Below are positions 20,960 to 32,366 of a stretch of 64,000 nucleotides of DNA, in pieces. The position numbers and the translations under genes are program-made. The stretch is from Diplonema japonicum. Taxonomy: Eukaryota > Protista > Euglenozoa: Diplonemea. Positions within the stretch are counted from its first letter, which is position 1. Every line of letters starts with the position of its first letter. The notes under the pieces were generated by a model. That model did no database searches and was not told the origin of the DNA. It saw only the letters and a program-made list of their open reading frames with translations. Location: contig OZ025726.1 in assembly GCA_964019335.1 (NCBI GenBank), positions 393,703 through 457,702 on the forward strand. Reading direction: 5' to 3'.

Positions 20960-21979
20960 TTAGTTTGCGGGGGAGGTCATTGACGCCATTTCGACGTTGA
21001 TCCCGCTGAGGCTAGTGGTCTGCCAGGGCATCTTATGGAAGAGCTCTGTGAACGCAGTGCTCCTGGCACCCTGCGTAACGGACTGTGTACAGTAAGTAGT
21101 GTAGTCGCTGGGCTTGCGGTACTCTGTGTTGGGGGGATCAGTCGCGGTTGCCCTTACTGAGGGTGGAACATGTGGTACGGATGGCTCCCTGCGGATGCAA
21201 GAGTCCAGCCCTGCAGGTTCTGGACCACCTGACTGCAATGACTGCTGCAGTTCCGTCCAGGCCTTCAGGTTCTCCTCCTCCCCGATCTCCTCAAGTTTTC
21301 CGATCTTCCCGTCCTGCACGTAAACAGCCCTGTTGGCATACCACTTCATCTCAGGGTCGTGCGTTACCATCACCAGCGTCACGCCATGCTCCTTGTTCAG
21401 CCTCAAGAGCAGGTCCATGACAATGCGAGTGTTCCTGGTGTCGAGGTCGCCTGTCGGCTCGTCCAGGAGGAGAACCTTTGGTTCGTTGGCCATGGCACGT
21501 GCAATGGTGACACGCTGCTGCTCACCACCCGAAAGCATAGACGGGTAGTGGTCCATCCTCTCGCCCATGCCCACAGACTCCAAAAGGGAGTTTACCCGAT
21601 CGTCTTGCTCCTTTGCCGTCAGCTTGCCCCTCAACACCATTGGCACCTGCACGTTCTCCTTCGCAGTCATGGTGGACAACAGGTTGAACGTCTGGAACAC
21701 AAAACCCAACGTCTCCAGCCTTAGCTTGCTGAAGACGGAGTCCTCTGTTCTAGCAGTCAACCGCTGTCCCATAATGGCGAGGTTGCCTTTCGTGGGCTGG
21801 TCGATGGTCCCGAGGATGTTCAGAAGAGTGGTTTTCCCCCCACCGGAGGTACCGTAAATAACACAGAATTCACCTTCGTAAATATCAAGGGTAACACCCC
21901 TCAGGGCAGGCACACCCTCTGTGCCCAGCAAGTACGTCTTCTGTACATTCTCGCAACTGATCACGACAGGCTTCGACAT
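20960..21979 (-). CDS. Stand-alone LolD/MacB-type ABC ATP-binding protein
   Basis: Walker [29 protein letters not shown] signature, [15 protein letters not shown]. Confidence 0.92.
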   Translation of the reverse strand: MSKPVVISCENVQKTYLLGTEGVPALRGVTLDIYEGEFCVIYGTSGGGKTTLLNILGTIDQPTKGNLAIMGQRLTARTEDSVFSKLRLETLGFVFQTFNLLSTMTAKENVQVPMVLRGKLTAKEQDDRVNSLLESVGMGERMDHYPSMLSGGEQQRVTIARAMANEPKVLLLDEPTGDLDTRNTRIVMDLLLRLNKEHGVTLVMVTHDPEMKWYANRAVYVQDGKIGKLEEIGEEENLKAWTELQQSLQSGGPEPAGLDSCIRREPSVPHVPPSVRATATDPPNTEYRKPSDYTTYCTQSVTQGARSTAFTELFHKMPWQTTSLSGINVEMASMTSPAN

Positions 21980-22230
21980 AGCTAGTGAACCCACCTATTT
22001 TAGCTTTAAAAAGGTAACTACAAAGAGAACATTACACGACTGAGATGAATCATTAGGAATGCGAAGGGGGGTCTGTTAGAATGCCTCTATAGTGGCAGGG
22101 TATAAGTGGGAACCTATTAGCAGCTCTCGAGACAGACCCCTCCCTGGGTGGCTCCGAGCTCTCTTTCTCCTCTCTCTCACCTTAGTTAAGCAACACTATG
22201 TTTGGCTTCTGTCTCTTCTAAGCCCTTGAT

Positions 22231-23639
22231 CTATCCCAACTTCCCAGCTTGCTCCTGTGTAGGTGTGTGAGTAATTTTGACAATACCTTGAAAATCCTAG
22301 TCCTGACCCCGTGCAGAGATCTGTCGAGGAGGCCCATAACAGTGAAAACACCACCAACAATGGCACACAAGTTGGTGATGAACTCGTACCACCGCCTGCC
22401 TGAGTACTGCACAATGACAGCCGTAGGAGAGAAGTCGTACGAGAAGCGTGCCTCGGGGACCCTTCCATCGTCGTCATAAGCGTGCTGCTCTTCGAACAGG
22501 TACTGGTGGTTGGAGTGCTGCACCTGGTACCCCTTGACCTCCCGCCACCCGAGACGGTATGTTGTCGTCAGCACCTTCATGTAGTGCTCGAACGTGATGT
22601 GTGGCTCTTTCGTTGAAAACCACTTGTTGTTCAACGGCCCCAGAAGGTCCCCGTGGTGTTTGGGCAGGAGTGCCTTCGTCCTCTCAGGCAGCGGCTCTCC
22701 GAACGATAGCTCGTGCACCACATGTGACAGGTTCGTCTCCTTTGGATTGATGGAGTGTACGTCAGACTTCACTACAAGATGGAAGTTGCCAGGTACCCTG
22801 TTCACCAGGATATGCCCCGACACCCGGCACCCCAGATGGTCTTCATTCATTCCCTTGATCTCCTTTTCACGTAAGTGGTGGTCCAGCTCGTCCTCGCCTG
22901 TGATGGCTGACGACCATGCAGTGATCCCGTCGATGTCACGCTGCCCGCTGAAGTCAGCAATCCCGCGCCCGTTCTTGAACAGCCGCATTGTAGGAAAGGC
23001 TTTGATCTTCTGTTGAGAGCAAAGGGGGTAGTTCTCCATGCAATTAACCTTCCTCACTGCGATGTGATAGTGCTCGTCGTGCATCTTCTTCGCGAACTCC
23101 TCCCAAGTAGGTGCCAACCGCTTGCACCAGATGCACCACGGTGCGTAGAAGTCGACAAACACATAAGTCTTGTCCTGCACAATAGCTTCGAAGGACTCTT
23201 TGTTGAGGTGAGGAGACTCGCCCTCTTCCTTCATTGCCTTGTCCATCTCCTCCATAGAGCCGTGCACGATGTTCTGCTTCACCCTTTGCGGTTCATTGTA
23301 TTCCAGCAGTTGTTGGAATTGTGTGTGTTCTTCTTTCTTGATGTTCTGGACCACGTCCACGCGGTTCACACCCAGCCTGTCCTTCACGTCCACCGACACC
23401 CAATCGCATGGCATCTCTAGTGCAGTGATGTTGAAATTGATGCGAATTCTAGGCTCGATGTTGGTGTCAAGCGTAAGATCGCTCACGATAGGCGGTTGCA
23501 AGTAGTGCCACGTCTCCATCGTGACCAGCAATATCATCAGCACCACGCAGGACATTGACAGCATGCCACCTTGTGATGTTCCTGCAGTTAGGTCCGTCGG
23601 GATCTTCCTGTACAAGTCATAAGCAGAGAGCTTCGCCAT
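22231..23639 (-). CDS. PDI-C type ERGIC_N / thioredoxin / COPIIcoated_ERV protein, one intron (22255-22286)
   Basis: DLYRKIPTDLT N-terminus, WCIWC thioredoxin site, VNRVPGNFH, NLSHVVHELSFG, CAIVGGVFTV; a 32-nt intron restores the KEQAGKLG* retrieval-type end. Confidence 0.92.
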
Positions 23640-23910
23640 ATCTCCAACACCCTCCTGTGTGTTGATGCAGCGCAAAAGTACGGCACTAAAGTAATACAGT
23701 TAGTTACTCAGCGTCTGTGCAGATAGAAGGCAGTTAGTCGTCGAGGCGCAAGAGTCAGCCAATATATGCATCCTGGCCTGGAAAAACCCGGCGCCTTTAG
23801 CGTTCCAGCAGTGTACACTACTATAAGCGACAAATCATTTTTAAAAGGAGGTTAAATTTCAAAAAATAAAAACAATCAAGGGGATCTCATATGAACACCT
23901 GCACGGCGTC

Positions 23911-24286
23911 TTAGTACATCTTTGCATAACCTGCTTCTTCGTACCATTTTTCTATCGAGTCCTTGTTGCGATTTGCCCACCTCTCCACTACTCTTTTAAC
24001 TCCAAAGAAATCCAAAATGTTGAGAGGGCCAACGTACTCGATGAGCTGCAGTGTGGTGTGGTGTGGTGTGTGTACATACTGTCTTGAAGCACATCATGAA
24101 AACGGCAAAGCTGATAATGAACTGCATCCTCTCCTTCATGCCGTACCTGGGCAGCGAAGACCCTCTGTATGAGTAAGCATGCTGCTTCGCAGGTTTTCCC
24201 CCTTCTTCAGAGTCCTTTGTCTCCTTCTGCGGCTTCTCCTTCTTCTCCTTATCCTTCCCCTTCACCTTCCTGCTGGTCAGTGTCAT
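23911..24286 (-). CDS. Small single-TM hypothetical protein, intron 24046-24079
   Basis: The 34-nt intron gtatgtacacacaccacaccacaccacactgcag joins FAVFMMCFKT to LIEYVGPLNILDFFG...EEAGYAKMY*. Confidence 0.7.
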
Positions 24287-24749
24287 GTTCCCCCCTATCC
24301 TTCATCCATGAGTGATACATTGCAACAAGGGCATTTTGCACATGCGGCGACCCTCTGAAGGTCCCTATGCAGGGTGTCACAAGACGTCTGCTTTGGTGCC
24401 GCCGGGCTTCCCGCAGCACAGCATCGAAACAAAGCCCTGTGCTCTCTTCCGAATACGGGAAGGCGGGTGCATAGAGCAGAGTATCGCTGATGTACACAGC
24501 ATTGCCTAGTGCCAGCTGCTCCTGGTCCAGTTGCTTCAGCAGGTAATGCGCACCGAAGGCTGCACAGTAGGCATGATCGACGCCGCTGGCGATGACACCT
24601 GCTGTGTTTCCAGGCCACACTATAGTGCTACCCTCAAAAGACAACTTCGTGATGTCGGCGCACTGCACGGTGACACCAGCCACACCATCGAACATGCCGG
24701 CGGCCTGCCTGGCCACCGCCTCTTCCACATCCACAATCAATAGTTGCAT
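24249..24749 (-). CDS. Macro-domain (ADP-ribose-binding/Appr-1-p-like) protein
   Basis: VTVQCADIT...IVWPGNTAGVIASGVDHAY...LVTPCIGTFRG matches the macro-domain GDIT / NAAN-GGGVD / PxIGTG motifs in divergent form. Confidence 0.7.
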   Translation of the reverse strand: MQLLIVDVEEAVARQAAGMFDGVAGVTVQCADITKLSFEGSTIVWPGNTAGVIASGVDHAYCAAFGAHYLLKQLDQEQLALGNAVYISDTLLYAPAFPYSEESTGLCFDAVLREARRHQSRRLVTPCIGTFRGSPHVQNALVAMYHSWMKDRGEHDTDQQEGEGEG

Positions 24750-24817
24750 GTCCCTTTCGTAGGGTGCACAGAATAACAAAGCAAGACTGTAAAGGATGGC
24801 ACACTCTTTTTAGTGTG

Positions 24818-26768
24818 CTAAAGCTGCACCACTTTTACTACGGAGTTGTGAAGATGCATCAAACGCTGCCATTCGTTGTAAAGTGACTGGAGATGGGACA
24901 CCTGGTAGTCAGCAGGGGACTGGGGAAGTGTGATGGGCATGGTGGCAGTGAGGAGATCGGTCAGTTTTTCCTTGGTGAGCGCGTCCTCACCTGAGTCTTG
25001 CGCAGGCTGGGTGTCGCTCGTACTTTGCGTGAAGAGGGCGTCCAAAGGGGAGATGTCAATGACGGAGCCCGCGACTGGAGAGTTAGGTGTGGGCGATCTG
25101 CCGGGGTCGTCGTCACTTACAACTACGCCTGTGAGCAAGTTCGTGCCCGACGGTGCTGCGATCGAGGCCTTTCTTGCCAGGCTCTTATCCATGTCCCAGT
25201 TGTCCTCTTCGTCGATTTGCACTACGTGGTGTTTGCTTTGATGCTGAAAGCATACCGTCACTGAAGTCAGGTTTCGGTTTGTCGGCAAGTCCGGCGTTGA
25301 TCTCCTCCAACTGTGCCTGCGAGATCTTTAGACTGTCTGCGTCAGCCGTTTCCCAGAAATGGATTGCCGACTGCAGCGTGCAGAAGTAGTATCCTGCCTC
25401 GCTGCTCATCTTCGTCTCGTTTCGGTAGTTCTGGATAAAACTAGTGTTGCTGTGCAGATGCTTAGCATCTGCCTTCCCTACCAGCAGAATCAGACACGGC
25501 AGGAAGTCGTCGGCCCCCATGGACTTGCCGGGCTCGAGACTGTGCAACACACTAAAGATCAGCTTGCAGCTGTTGGTGATGCAGATCAGCTTGTCGCGTG
25601 GGTTCTTGTACTCGTTCAGTTTCTGCAGCTCCTGGCGTTTCGGTGGTCCTCTTCTATTTTGCATACCGTGACGGCTTCTTTCCATGTCCCGTGGTCCAGT
25701 ATCTCAGACCTCACCTCAAGATGCTCGGGTGAGATGAATTTGAAAGACGCCAAGCGCTTCTCCAACACCTCATCGCTGTGTTGTGTGGGTTACGGCGGTG
25801 TTGGCATACTTCTTCCTGTCTTCTTCCGTTCCAAATGTTTTCGGGAATATCTTTGTCAGGACGTACTTCTCAAGACCTTCCTGAGCAAAGTCCAGCTCCT
25901 GCTCCGTTGCCCCCTTCCACACGGGGTTCTGCTTTATCTCGTTGAACATTGTGGCGAGGAACTGCCGCACGTTGTTGGGCATGTCATCGGAAGGGAAGCT
26001 GCTGCTTTTCACCTCCGCCACATATGCCTTCAGCTTCTTATGCAGCTCAGATGCTTTAGGCTGGCGCATTTTTTCAGCAAAGTCACGGAAGCGGAACTTC
26101 AGAACGGACTTAGGAGGAGTAGGGGTGCTTGTGCCGCTGGGCTTCAAGGGTGACTTCGTCGGTGCGGGTGCAGGTACGCTGAGCTGTTGCGTCTGGGGTT
26201 GGACTTGACTTCGCTCTCTAGGCTCTTGCTGCTTTTCGCTGTGCCAACCTATGCTTTCCAAGGGGTCGCCTGTGAGCCACTTCGCTCTGATCACATCGGA
26301 AACTAAGTAAATAGGGATCGTGAAGCCATCTGTGCTATCGAGCTCCAGCTCTGTCTGCCTTAGGATCTGGATGGTTTGTTGTCTGGTGCCCCCTGGTGTG
26401 GTGGGGCTGTCCACGTCTGTAGCCAACGGGCCCAATGGCGTTGCTGACTGGGGCTGCCCAGCGGGGAGTTCCATGATAATGGTGTCACCTCCTGTGTCAG
26501 CAATATTTGAACTCAGGAACGATCCCCTCAGCCCGTTCAGAGTCGTGAAGGACTTACCGCTCGACGATCCAAACACCACTGTGTGCGTCTTCAGAAAGTC
26601 GTTGCTCACCACCGCTAGGCCCATCTCTTCAAGAATCACCGACTGGGGCACCAAGACCGCCCATCTTGACTCGGTTATCTTGCGCAAGGTTAGCCCCAAC
26701 AAAGTGCCCTTCATTGCCTGCACAAATAAGTTGTTGGTCTTCTCATAGTCTATAAGGTTAAGAGGCAT
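24818..26768 (-). CDS. VPS9-domain Rab5 guanine-nucleotide exchange factor; introns 25776-25809, 25632-25666, 25222-25255
   Basis: EGLEKYVLTKIF, PRDKLICI, MGADDFLP and GYYFCTLQSAI motifs; three 34-35-nt GT-AG introns join four track ORF frames. Confidence 0.9.
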
Positions 26769-26858
26769 TGTTATGCTCCCCCCCCCCCCCCCCCCAGAGC
26801 ACTGTGTGTTACTATTGCCTGCAAATGGTAAAACTAAATCTAATTTCTAAACAAGTTG

Positions 26859-27071
26859 TCACATCTCGTCGTCGCTCATATCGCTTTCGCCCTCCTGCAG
26901 CATCCGCATCAGCCGCCCTGCTTCGTCCTCCTTCACTTTGCGTGCCTCCATCATTGTGGGAGGCACCTTATCCTGCTCCTTCTGCGTTGTAGTTTCCGTC
27001 CGTTTTGCACACACGCAGTACACACACACTAGTGCTGCCAGCGCAGCCGCAGTCGCGTGTTTGGTGCTCAT
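26859..27071 (-). CDS. Small acidic hypothetical protein, probably with an in-frame 48-nt intron
   Basis: MSTKHATAAALAAL|gtgtgtgtg...acgcag|KEQDKV...SDDEM*. Confidence 0.5.
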   Translation of the reverse strand: MSTKHATAAALAALVCVYCVCAKRTETTTQKEQDKVPPTMMEARKVKEDEAGRLMRMLQEGESDMSDDEM

Positions 27072-27237
27072 TTTCCGTTTGTGACCACTCTTGGGTGCGT
27101 ACCAAGGGTTGGCTTGCTAGAATAAAAAAAAGGGGGGGGGAGAAACATAGGTAGTTTTTCATTCCAATTTTCGTAAATATATTTTTCATGGCAGGTTGTC
27201 CCTTTGTTTTTTTATTCTCTCTCTCCCTAATGTACAA

Positions 27238-27477
27238 TCAGAACAGTGACGGAGGAAGTGGTAACTTCTCCAGAATAGGCTTGGGCAGTGTCTGTGGCAT
27301 GTCCTTTCGAGTGACCTTTACATCGGCAAGCTGGCCAGGGTTTTGCAGGTGCAGCGTCCCCCCGTGCAGCCCTGTGCCGGGTGCGCCATGTGTGTGGGAC
27401 TTGTGAGGCTTTGGCATGGGCAGCCCCATGTACTTGGCGTAGGCCGTGCGGTAGGCCATCGTGTCCTCGAGGCCCAT
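27238..27477 (-). CDS. Small proline-rich hypothetical protein
   Basis: ATG after a CA-rich acceptor-like tract; GC-rich coding-like composition between AT-rich spacers. Confidence 0.5.
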   Translation of the reverse strand: MGLEDTMAYRTAYAKYMGLPMPKPHKSHTHGAPGTGLHGGTLHLQNPGQLADVKVTRKDMPQTLPKPILEKLPLPPSLF

Positions 27478-28570
27478 CTTGTGTAGTAGTGTATTAGCTG
27501 AGATGTGGTGGTACACAGGTACTTGGTAGGGGGGGACTTAAAAACTCTAATCTAGATCTAAGCAAGGGGAGATAGGGAAGAAAGACAACCACTAGTAAAG
27601 GGAGGTTCTGAGCAGAGAGGTCTCAGTGCCCTCCAGCAGAAAGACCTGCTTTCAGAAGAGCAGAAAACCAGCAGGGGGGACGGGGATCCAATCTATTGGG
27701 AAGGAAGAAAAATAGGGTCTTGGCCAGGGATGGGAGAGCGGGAGAAACGCCCCGAAGTTCGTAGTTGATTCTATTTTTTTTTCTTCTTCTTCTTTTTTTT
27801 TTTGCTGAAGACCAAGTCTCCTATTGTTAGTTTTGTTTCGGTTTTTTTTTTTTTTTTTTCTCTCTCTATTCTTCTAAAGTACTTTTTTTTTGGGATTTCC
27901 TCTTCTTTTTTTCGGCAAAAGGGGAAAAAAAAAAATAATAATAATAGAAGAATGAAACAGGACAAGCCAGACCTGAAGAAACAAAACAAAACAAAAGTAG
28001 GAAAAAAAGGGGGGGGTGCTGTGGTGGAGGCTTAACACCTTGTAATGGAACATGCAACCCTGTAGCCGCTCCACTTGACAGCGATTTGTATACTTTCTTC
28101 TTTTTTTTTTTTGAAGTAGGGTATCATATATAAAATCTACAAGAAACCAAAACGGATGAAATGTATTCAACAAGCCCTGTGTGACAAACCAACATCATGA
28201 AGGGCTCTTTATTTCGCACCTTGCAGTGAGGTTTGCCAATGGGGCAGAGTGAACGAGAGGGGGGAAGAAACAAATAAATAATAGTGAAGAAGCTCATTGC
28301 AGCCAAACCTTCAGCTGCAGAACAGAACCTACTAGTTTTGCCCTTCGTAAGGCTAGGGGACGGGGGAGGGGGGGCAACAATCAGCATGACCGGGAATCAT
28401 TGTTCCCGAATAAGGCCAATTACTACCCAGTATCTACGTTTGCGCAACAAATAAAAACAATCCTAAAGGCGAACGACTGTGGCCGACCCTAAACTTTTTG
28501 TAAGAAAAAAAAATTCAAGGTCTCTAATCAACCCTGGTTCTATTATGTCGTGGATTTCCTTTTTTTTTAA

Positions 28571-30257
28571 CCCATAACACTCCGGGGCCTATCTACATAG
28601 GGGTCCCTTTTTTGCTCCTTTTCATAATTTGACGGGGAAAATGGCAGCATTTAACCCCTGTTTGCAGGTAAAACGGGTTTTTTGGACCAGGAAAATTTAA
28701 AAAAAAGCTCAAAAATTAATAAAAATACAAAGGGGATGAAGAGTTGAATGGCCGTAGGGTGCTCAAAAACGACCATGTCAAAATGGGTTGTGCACGGGGG
28801 GGTGTAAATTGAGCATCTTGGGACAAAAAAAGCAGCATCAGGACCCCTCAGATGTCTCAGACCGAGAGAAGTGCCTATTTGCGGGTGGAATATCGGCCTC
28901 GAAATCGTCAAGAAGCCTTTTTGGGGTGATGGAAGAGTGGTACGAAAAAAGCACTTATTTGGACAGAGGTGTTGGTTACAGGTGTAGCATTTGTAGATTG
29001 TGCGTTTTGTGCATCCTTTCAACCTGCAGAACCTGGAGTTGCCCCCTTTGAGTGGTTGGTGGTCACGTTTGGTGTAATCTGGGGTATCGGGTGTGTGTGC
29101 TCCACTAGTTGGGTGCCGGGAGTGGTGTTTTTGCAACGCTGGACCCATCAATTAGGCTCTCTCGAAAGCGCTCTTTAAAAGCAGCCAGGGTTTTGTATCT
29201 CTTTGGCACTTCTAGGGCCCACCAGAAGAGCCCGCAGCACTCCAACGAAATGCAAGCCCCCTCACAGTTTTTTCACAGGGCTTCGGCCAGACCCACAGTC
29301 GAAAAGTAGTTATTGCAAACTACCTTGTTGTCGTTCCCCGAAAATTCCCCGTTAACCCCAGCACCACCTTTTCCACGACACTGAAATCTTCAAGTGCGTG
29401 CCCCTCGATTTTGGTGGCGTGGATGTGAAAACGCGAAAGATAACCCGTGCTCGCGCAGTTTAGGCAGTATATTTTTATGCCATATCTCTTACGCTTTGAG
29501 AGGACAGTAGACCCCAAGCCCCCCCAATTGCCCCGTGACGGTACGAGTGTCTCTTCAATGCTTAAATATTTTCCTGGCACTGCTGTTTTTGCCCACTTGT
29601 CACCAATTCTGTCCAGAAACCCTCGTGTCTTCCACAACACATCACCATTTGACTCTTCTGTGTGAGTGAAGTGGAGGCTACTTTTAATTTCCTGGTAGCG
29701 TCTCCTGGGCTTCGTGTTACTGAAAAGGGGGATTTTCATGGGTCCTGTGGACCAATACGTTTGCTAATTCTGGGCACGCCGCAAACCCATCGCAATGCTC
29801 AATCCGAGTAAGCGGTGGAGTCCTGGGTCGAAATTTTATCAATCCCAGCGTCCTTTTGCTTGTTTGTCTCTTCTTGGATGACGTCTGTGAGCTTCTTATC
29901 AAAAAACCGAAGGAATAATCATTTTGCGTCGTCAGGTTTCTGCGTACCACGGGACAGCTTTTTTCCCCCCCACTGGCCTATTTTATGGTCTCTATGGGTA
30001 CCAACTCCCTTACCCATGAAGGTTGGACCTCGTCCGTAGCTGTTTTGGCTTTACCTTTGCGTTTTTTGGACACAGTCTGACCCACTTGGTGGGTGGATAA
30101 CAAGGTAAAGTGATGCAGTGCAACATGAATTGCAGTTGAAAATAACTCCTCACTATAGTCGTTCTTGGAGATCCAGGGGTCGTGGGGACGAAAAAGTACT
30201 TAGAGAAAAAAACGATTTTTCAAAACGACAAATATTTGCGCCTTGGAGTGTTATGGG
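28571..30257 (-). mobile_element. Decayed piggyBac DNA transposon with intact ends
   Basis: TTAA|CCCATAACACTCC ... GGAGTGTTATGGG|TTAA (13-bp TIR, TTAA target duplication). Internal frameshifted transposase pieces: RYQEIKSSLHF, LSIEETLVPSRG, KRYGIKIYCL, NNYFST, and C-terminal Cys-rich CRLKGC...CYTCNQHLC. Confidence 0.92.
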
Positions 30258-30725
30258 TTAATATTTTTCCCCGAATTTTGGGAAAGGAATTCCCTTGCCG
30301 TCAAAGAAAGGTGTGAACACTACGCAAGGGAGGAGGGTGCTGACACAACAAAAAGAAAAAGAAAAAAAGAAAAAAGTACAACAACGGCAAATCCCACTAG
30401 AGGACAACCCTTTAAAGAAGGTAATAATAAAAAAAAAAACAGAAAAACAAAAACTCACATATAAAAATAGAAAAGCGAATGTCTAATCATTAGAAGCAAA
30501 AAAAAAAAAATAAATAAAAAACAAATGGGAAAAAAAAAAGGAGGAGGGGAAAATAGGGTGAAACCAACCTTCTCAAACTATCGCATCATTGTCGCAAGAG
30601 AGTCAGTTTCGAAGGCAAGCATATAGAACAATCAGCGCGATGTGGTGAGGGTGGTAGAACGGACTTTGACTTCCGCCTGTTGTTCACAATTCTCAACTAA
30701 GTTCTATTCATGGAGCGGCAGCCTT

Positions 30726-32276
30726 CTACGGCATAGGTGCGAATAACTCCTGCGGCACAGTAGGTAATCTAGACACGGTGTCGGCTCTGCAGTACCTAGG
30801 GGGCGACAAGGATTCCGTGAAGTCGTACGTCGTCTTCCTAGGGCTGGAAATAGCATGCAGCTGTTGGGCAAGAAGTTCGTACTTGGCGGCTTCAATGGCC
30901 TGCCTGAGTAGATTGATGTAGTCCCCGGACGACGTCGGCACCGCAGGTATCGCACAAAGGTCATCCTCTGAGACAGGGAACATAAGCTCCTTTACCAGAT
31001 TCACCAGCTGCTGTGGGACACAGATATCATCCCTCTTGAAGAAAGAGGCCACAGTGTCCCTTTGTGCCTCGAGGTACTCTTGCAAGGTTTTGAACTCCAG
31101 CACCTCAGGGGGGAAAACTTCTTCGAAGCCAGACAAGTGCAGCAAGACGGCACCCAGCTGGAAGTAGTCTACCTCAAAACACTTTATCTTCTCATCGTGA
31201 CTAAGGTGCTTCACATCCCTTACATTTTGATACATGGCAAGCTTGTACACGATGCCTGCGCTGTCTTTGATGGAAGCAACGATGGCGCTAGGTGTTATGT
31301 TTGTATGGATGAGGTTGTGCGAGTGCAGAGTTTTAAGCGCTTTGAAGATTCCTCTTCCAAGCTCTGTGACGTCCTCCCCTGTGGCATGGGGTATGTCGTA
31401 GTAAGAGTACATGATGTCTGTCTGCACGTAGAAGGTGTCCCCCGACACCCAGCAGTCCTTGTACCCGATCGAGTTGCAGTCTGCAATGGCAGACATTGCA
31501 CGCACTTCGAGTAGCAGGTCTTCTGTGAAGGGCTTCCTGTGCTCCTTCAGCGAGTAGAACATTCCATCCAGCACCGACTTCACTTTGTAGATCACGCAGT
31601 CATCATCGCTGTACGTGATGGCCTCTTCCTTAGGGTATCCCTCTTCGCGTGTGTCGCCCTCGTCACTGTCCATGACATCTGTATCCAGCATGTAGCACAG
31701 TGAGTCCTGTGTCTCCAGAACGTCGGAAGCACGACGCGACGAGCAAGGCGACACATTCACGTCCGCTGACCAGAACAAGAATTCGCTGAGCCTGTCCCTC
31801 TCCACCTTTTCTGGAAGTCTAAAGTTGCTTACTACAGAATGGTGCCTGCTCATGTGCTTTGGGCTGCATGATCGCGGGGACTTTGCTCCAAGGTGTTGTC
31901 TTGGAGTGCATGGTCTCGGGGACCTTACGGTAGGCAGGGGAGAAAGTCTCGGGTCATCCGCACCAAGTACTACGCCTGATGGTGAAAAGGGGTTGATCCT
32001 TGGCAGCTCACCACCATCAGACGTCACACGTTTGTGCCCCCTGTGAGGGTTCGTGGCCGACCGCTTCATAGGTGTTGTGGGGCACGAAAGACTGTCCCTC
32101 TTCACTAGGTTCATGTTGATGCTGCTGAAAAGATCCTCAGCCTTGCTACTGCACATGCTGCTAAAGAGATCCTGTCTCCGCCAGTCGCTTTGGTGGTCCA
32201 CAGGCATCGTGCGCTCCAAGAAATCTGTGTCCGTGAGACACCCAGGGCTTGTGGGAGTACTTAACTCAAGCGCCAT
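30726..32276 (-). CDS. Wee1/Myt1-like protein kinase, catalytically degenerate
   Basis: INPFSP Wee-box-like motif; kinase fold YKVKSVLDGMFYSLK, EVRAMS, ALKTLHSHNLIHTNITPSAI; lacks canonical HRD/HxD and DFG. Confidence 0.65.
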   Translation of the reverse strand: MALELSTPTSPGCLTDTDFLERTMPVDHQSDWRRQDLFSSMCSSKAEDLFSSINMNLVKRDSLSCPTTPMKRSATNPHRGHKRVTSDGGELPRINPFSPSGVVLGADDPRLSPLPTVRSPRPCTPRQHLGAKSPRSCSPKHMSRHHSVVSNFRLPEKVERDRLSEFLFWSADVNVSPCSSRRASDVLETQDSLCYMLDTDVMDSDEGDTREEGYPKEEAITYSDDDCVIYKVKSVLDGMFYSLKEHRKPFTEDLLLEVRAMSAIADCNSIGYKDCWVSGDTFYVQTDIMYSYYDIPHATGEDVTELGRGIFKALKTLHSHNLIHTNITPSAIVASIKDSAGIVYKLAMYQNVRDVKHLSHDEKIKCFEVDYFQLGAVLLHLSGFEEVFPPEVLEFKTLQEYLEAQRDTVASFFKRDDICVPQQLVNLVKELMFPVSEDDLCAIPAVPTSSGDYINLLRQAIEAAKYELLAQQLHAISSPRKTTYDFTESLSPPRYCRADTVSRLPTVPQELFAPMP

Positions 32277-32366
32277 CTTCTTGTCCTTTGTGTTGGATGT
32301 TAATAATGTTTAGGAATGTTGAACAAAAAACTGAGCGAACGGCAGTGCAGTCTTGGAAAAGACCTA

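Noticed and set aside
22060-22145. Hairpin ggggtctgt...acagacccc as a possible snoRNA
   Set aside because: No box motifs or guide complementarity could be established by eye.
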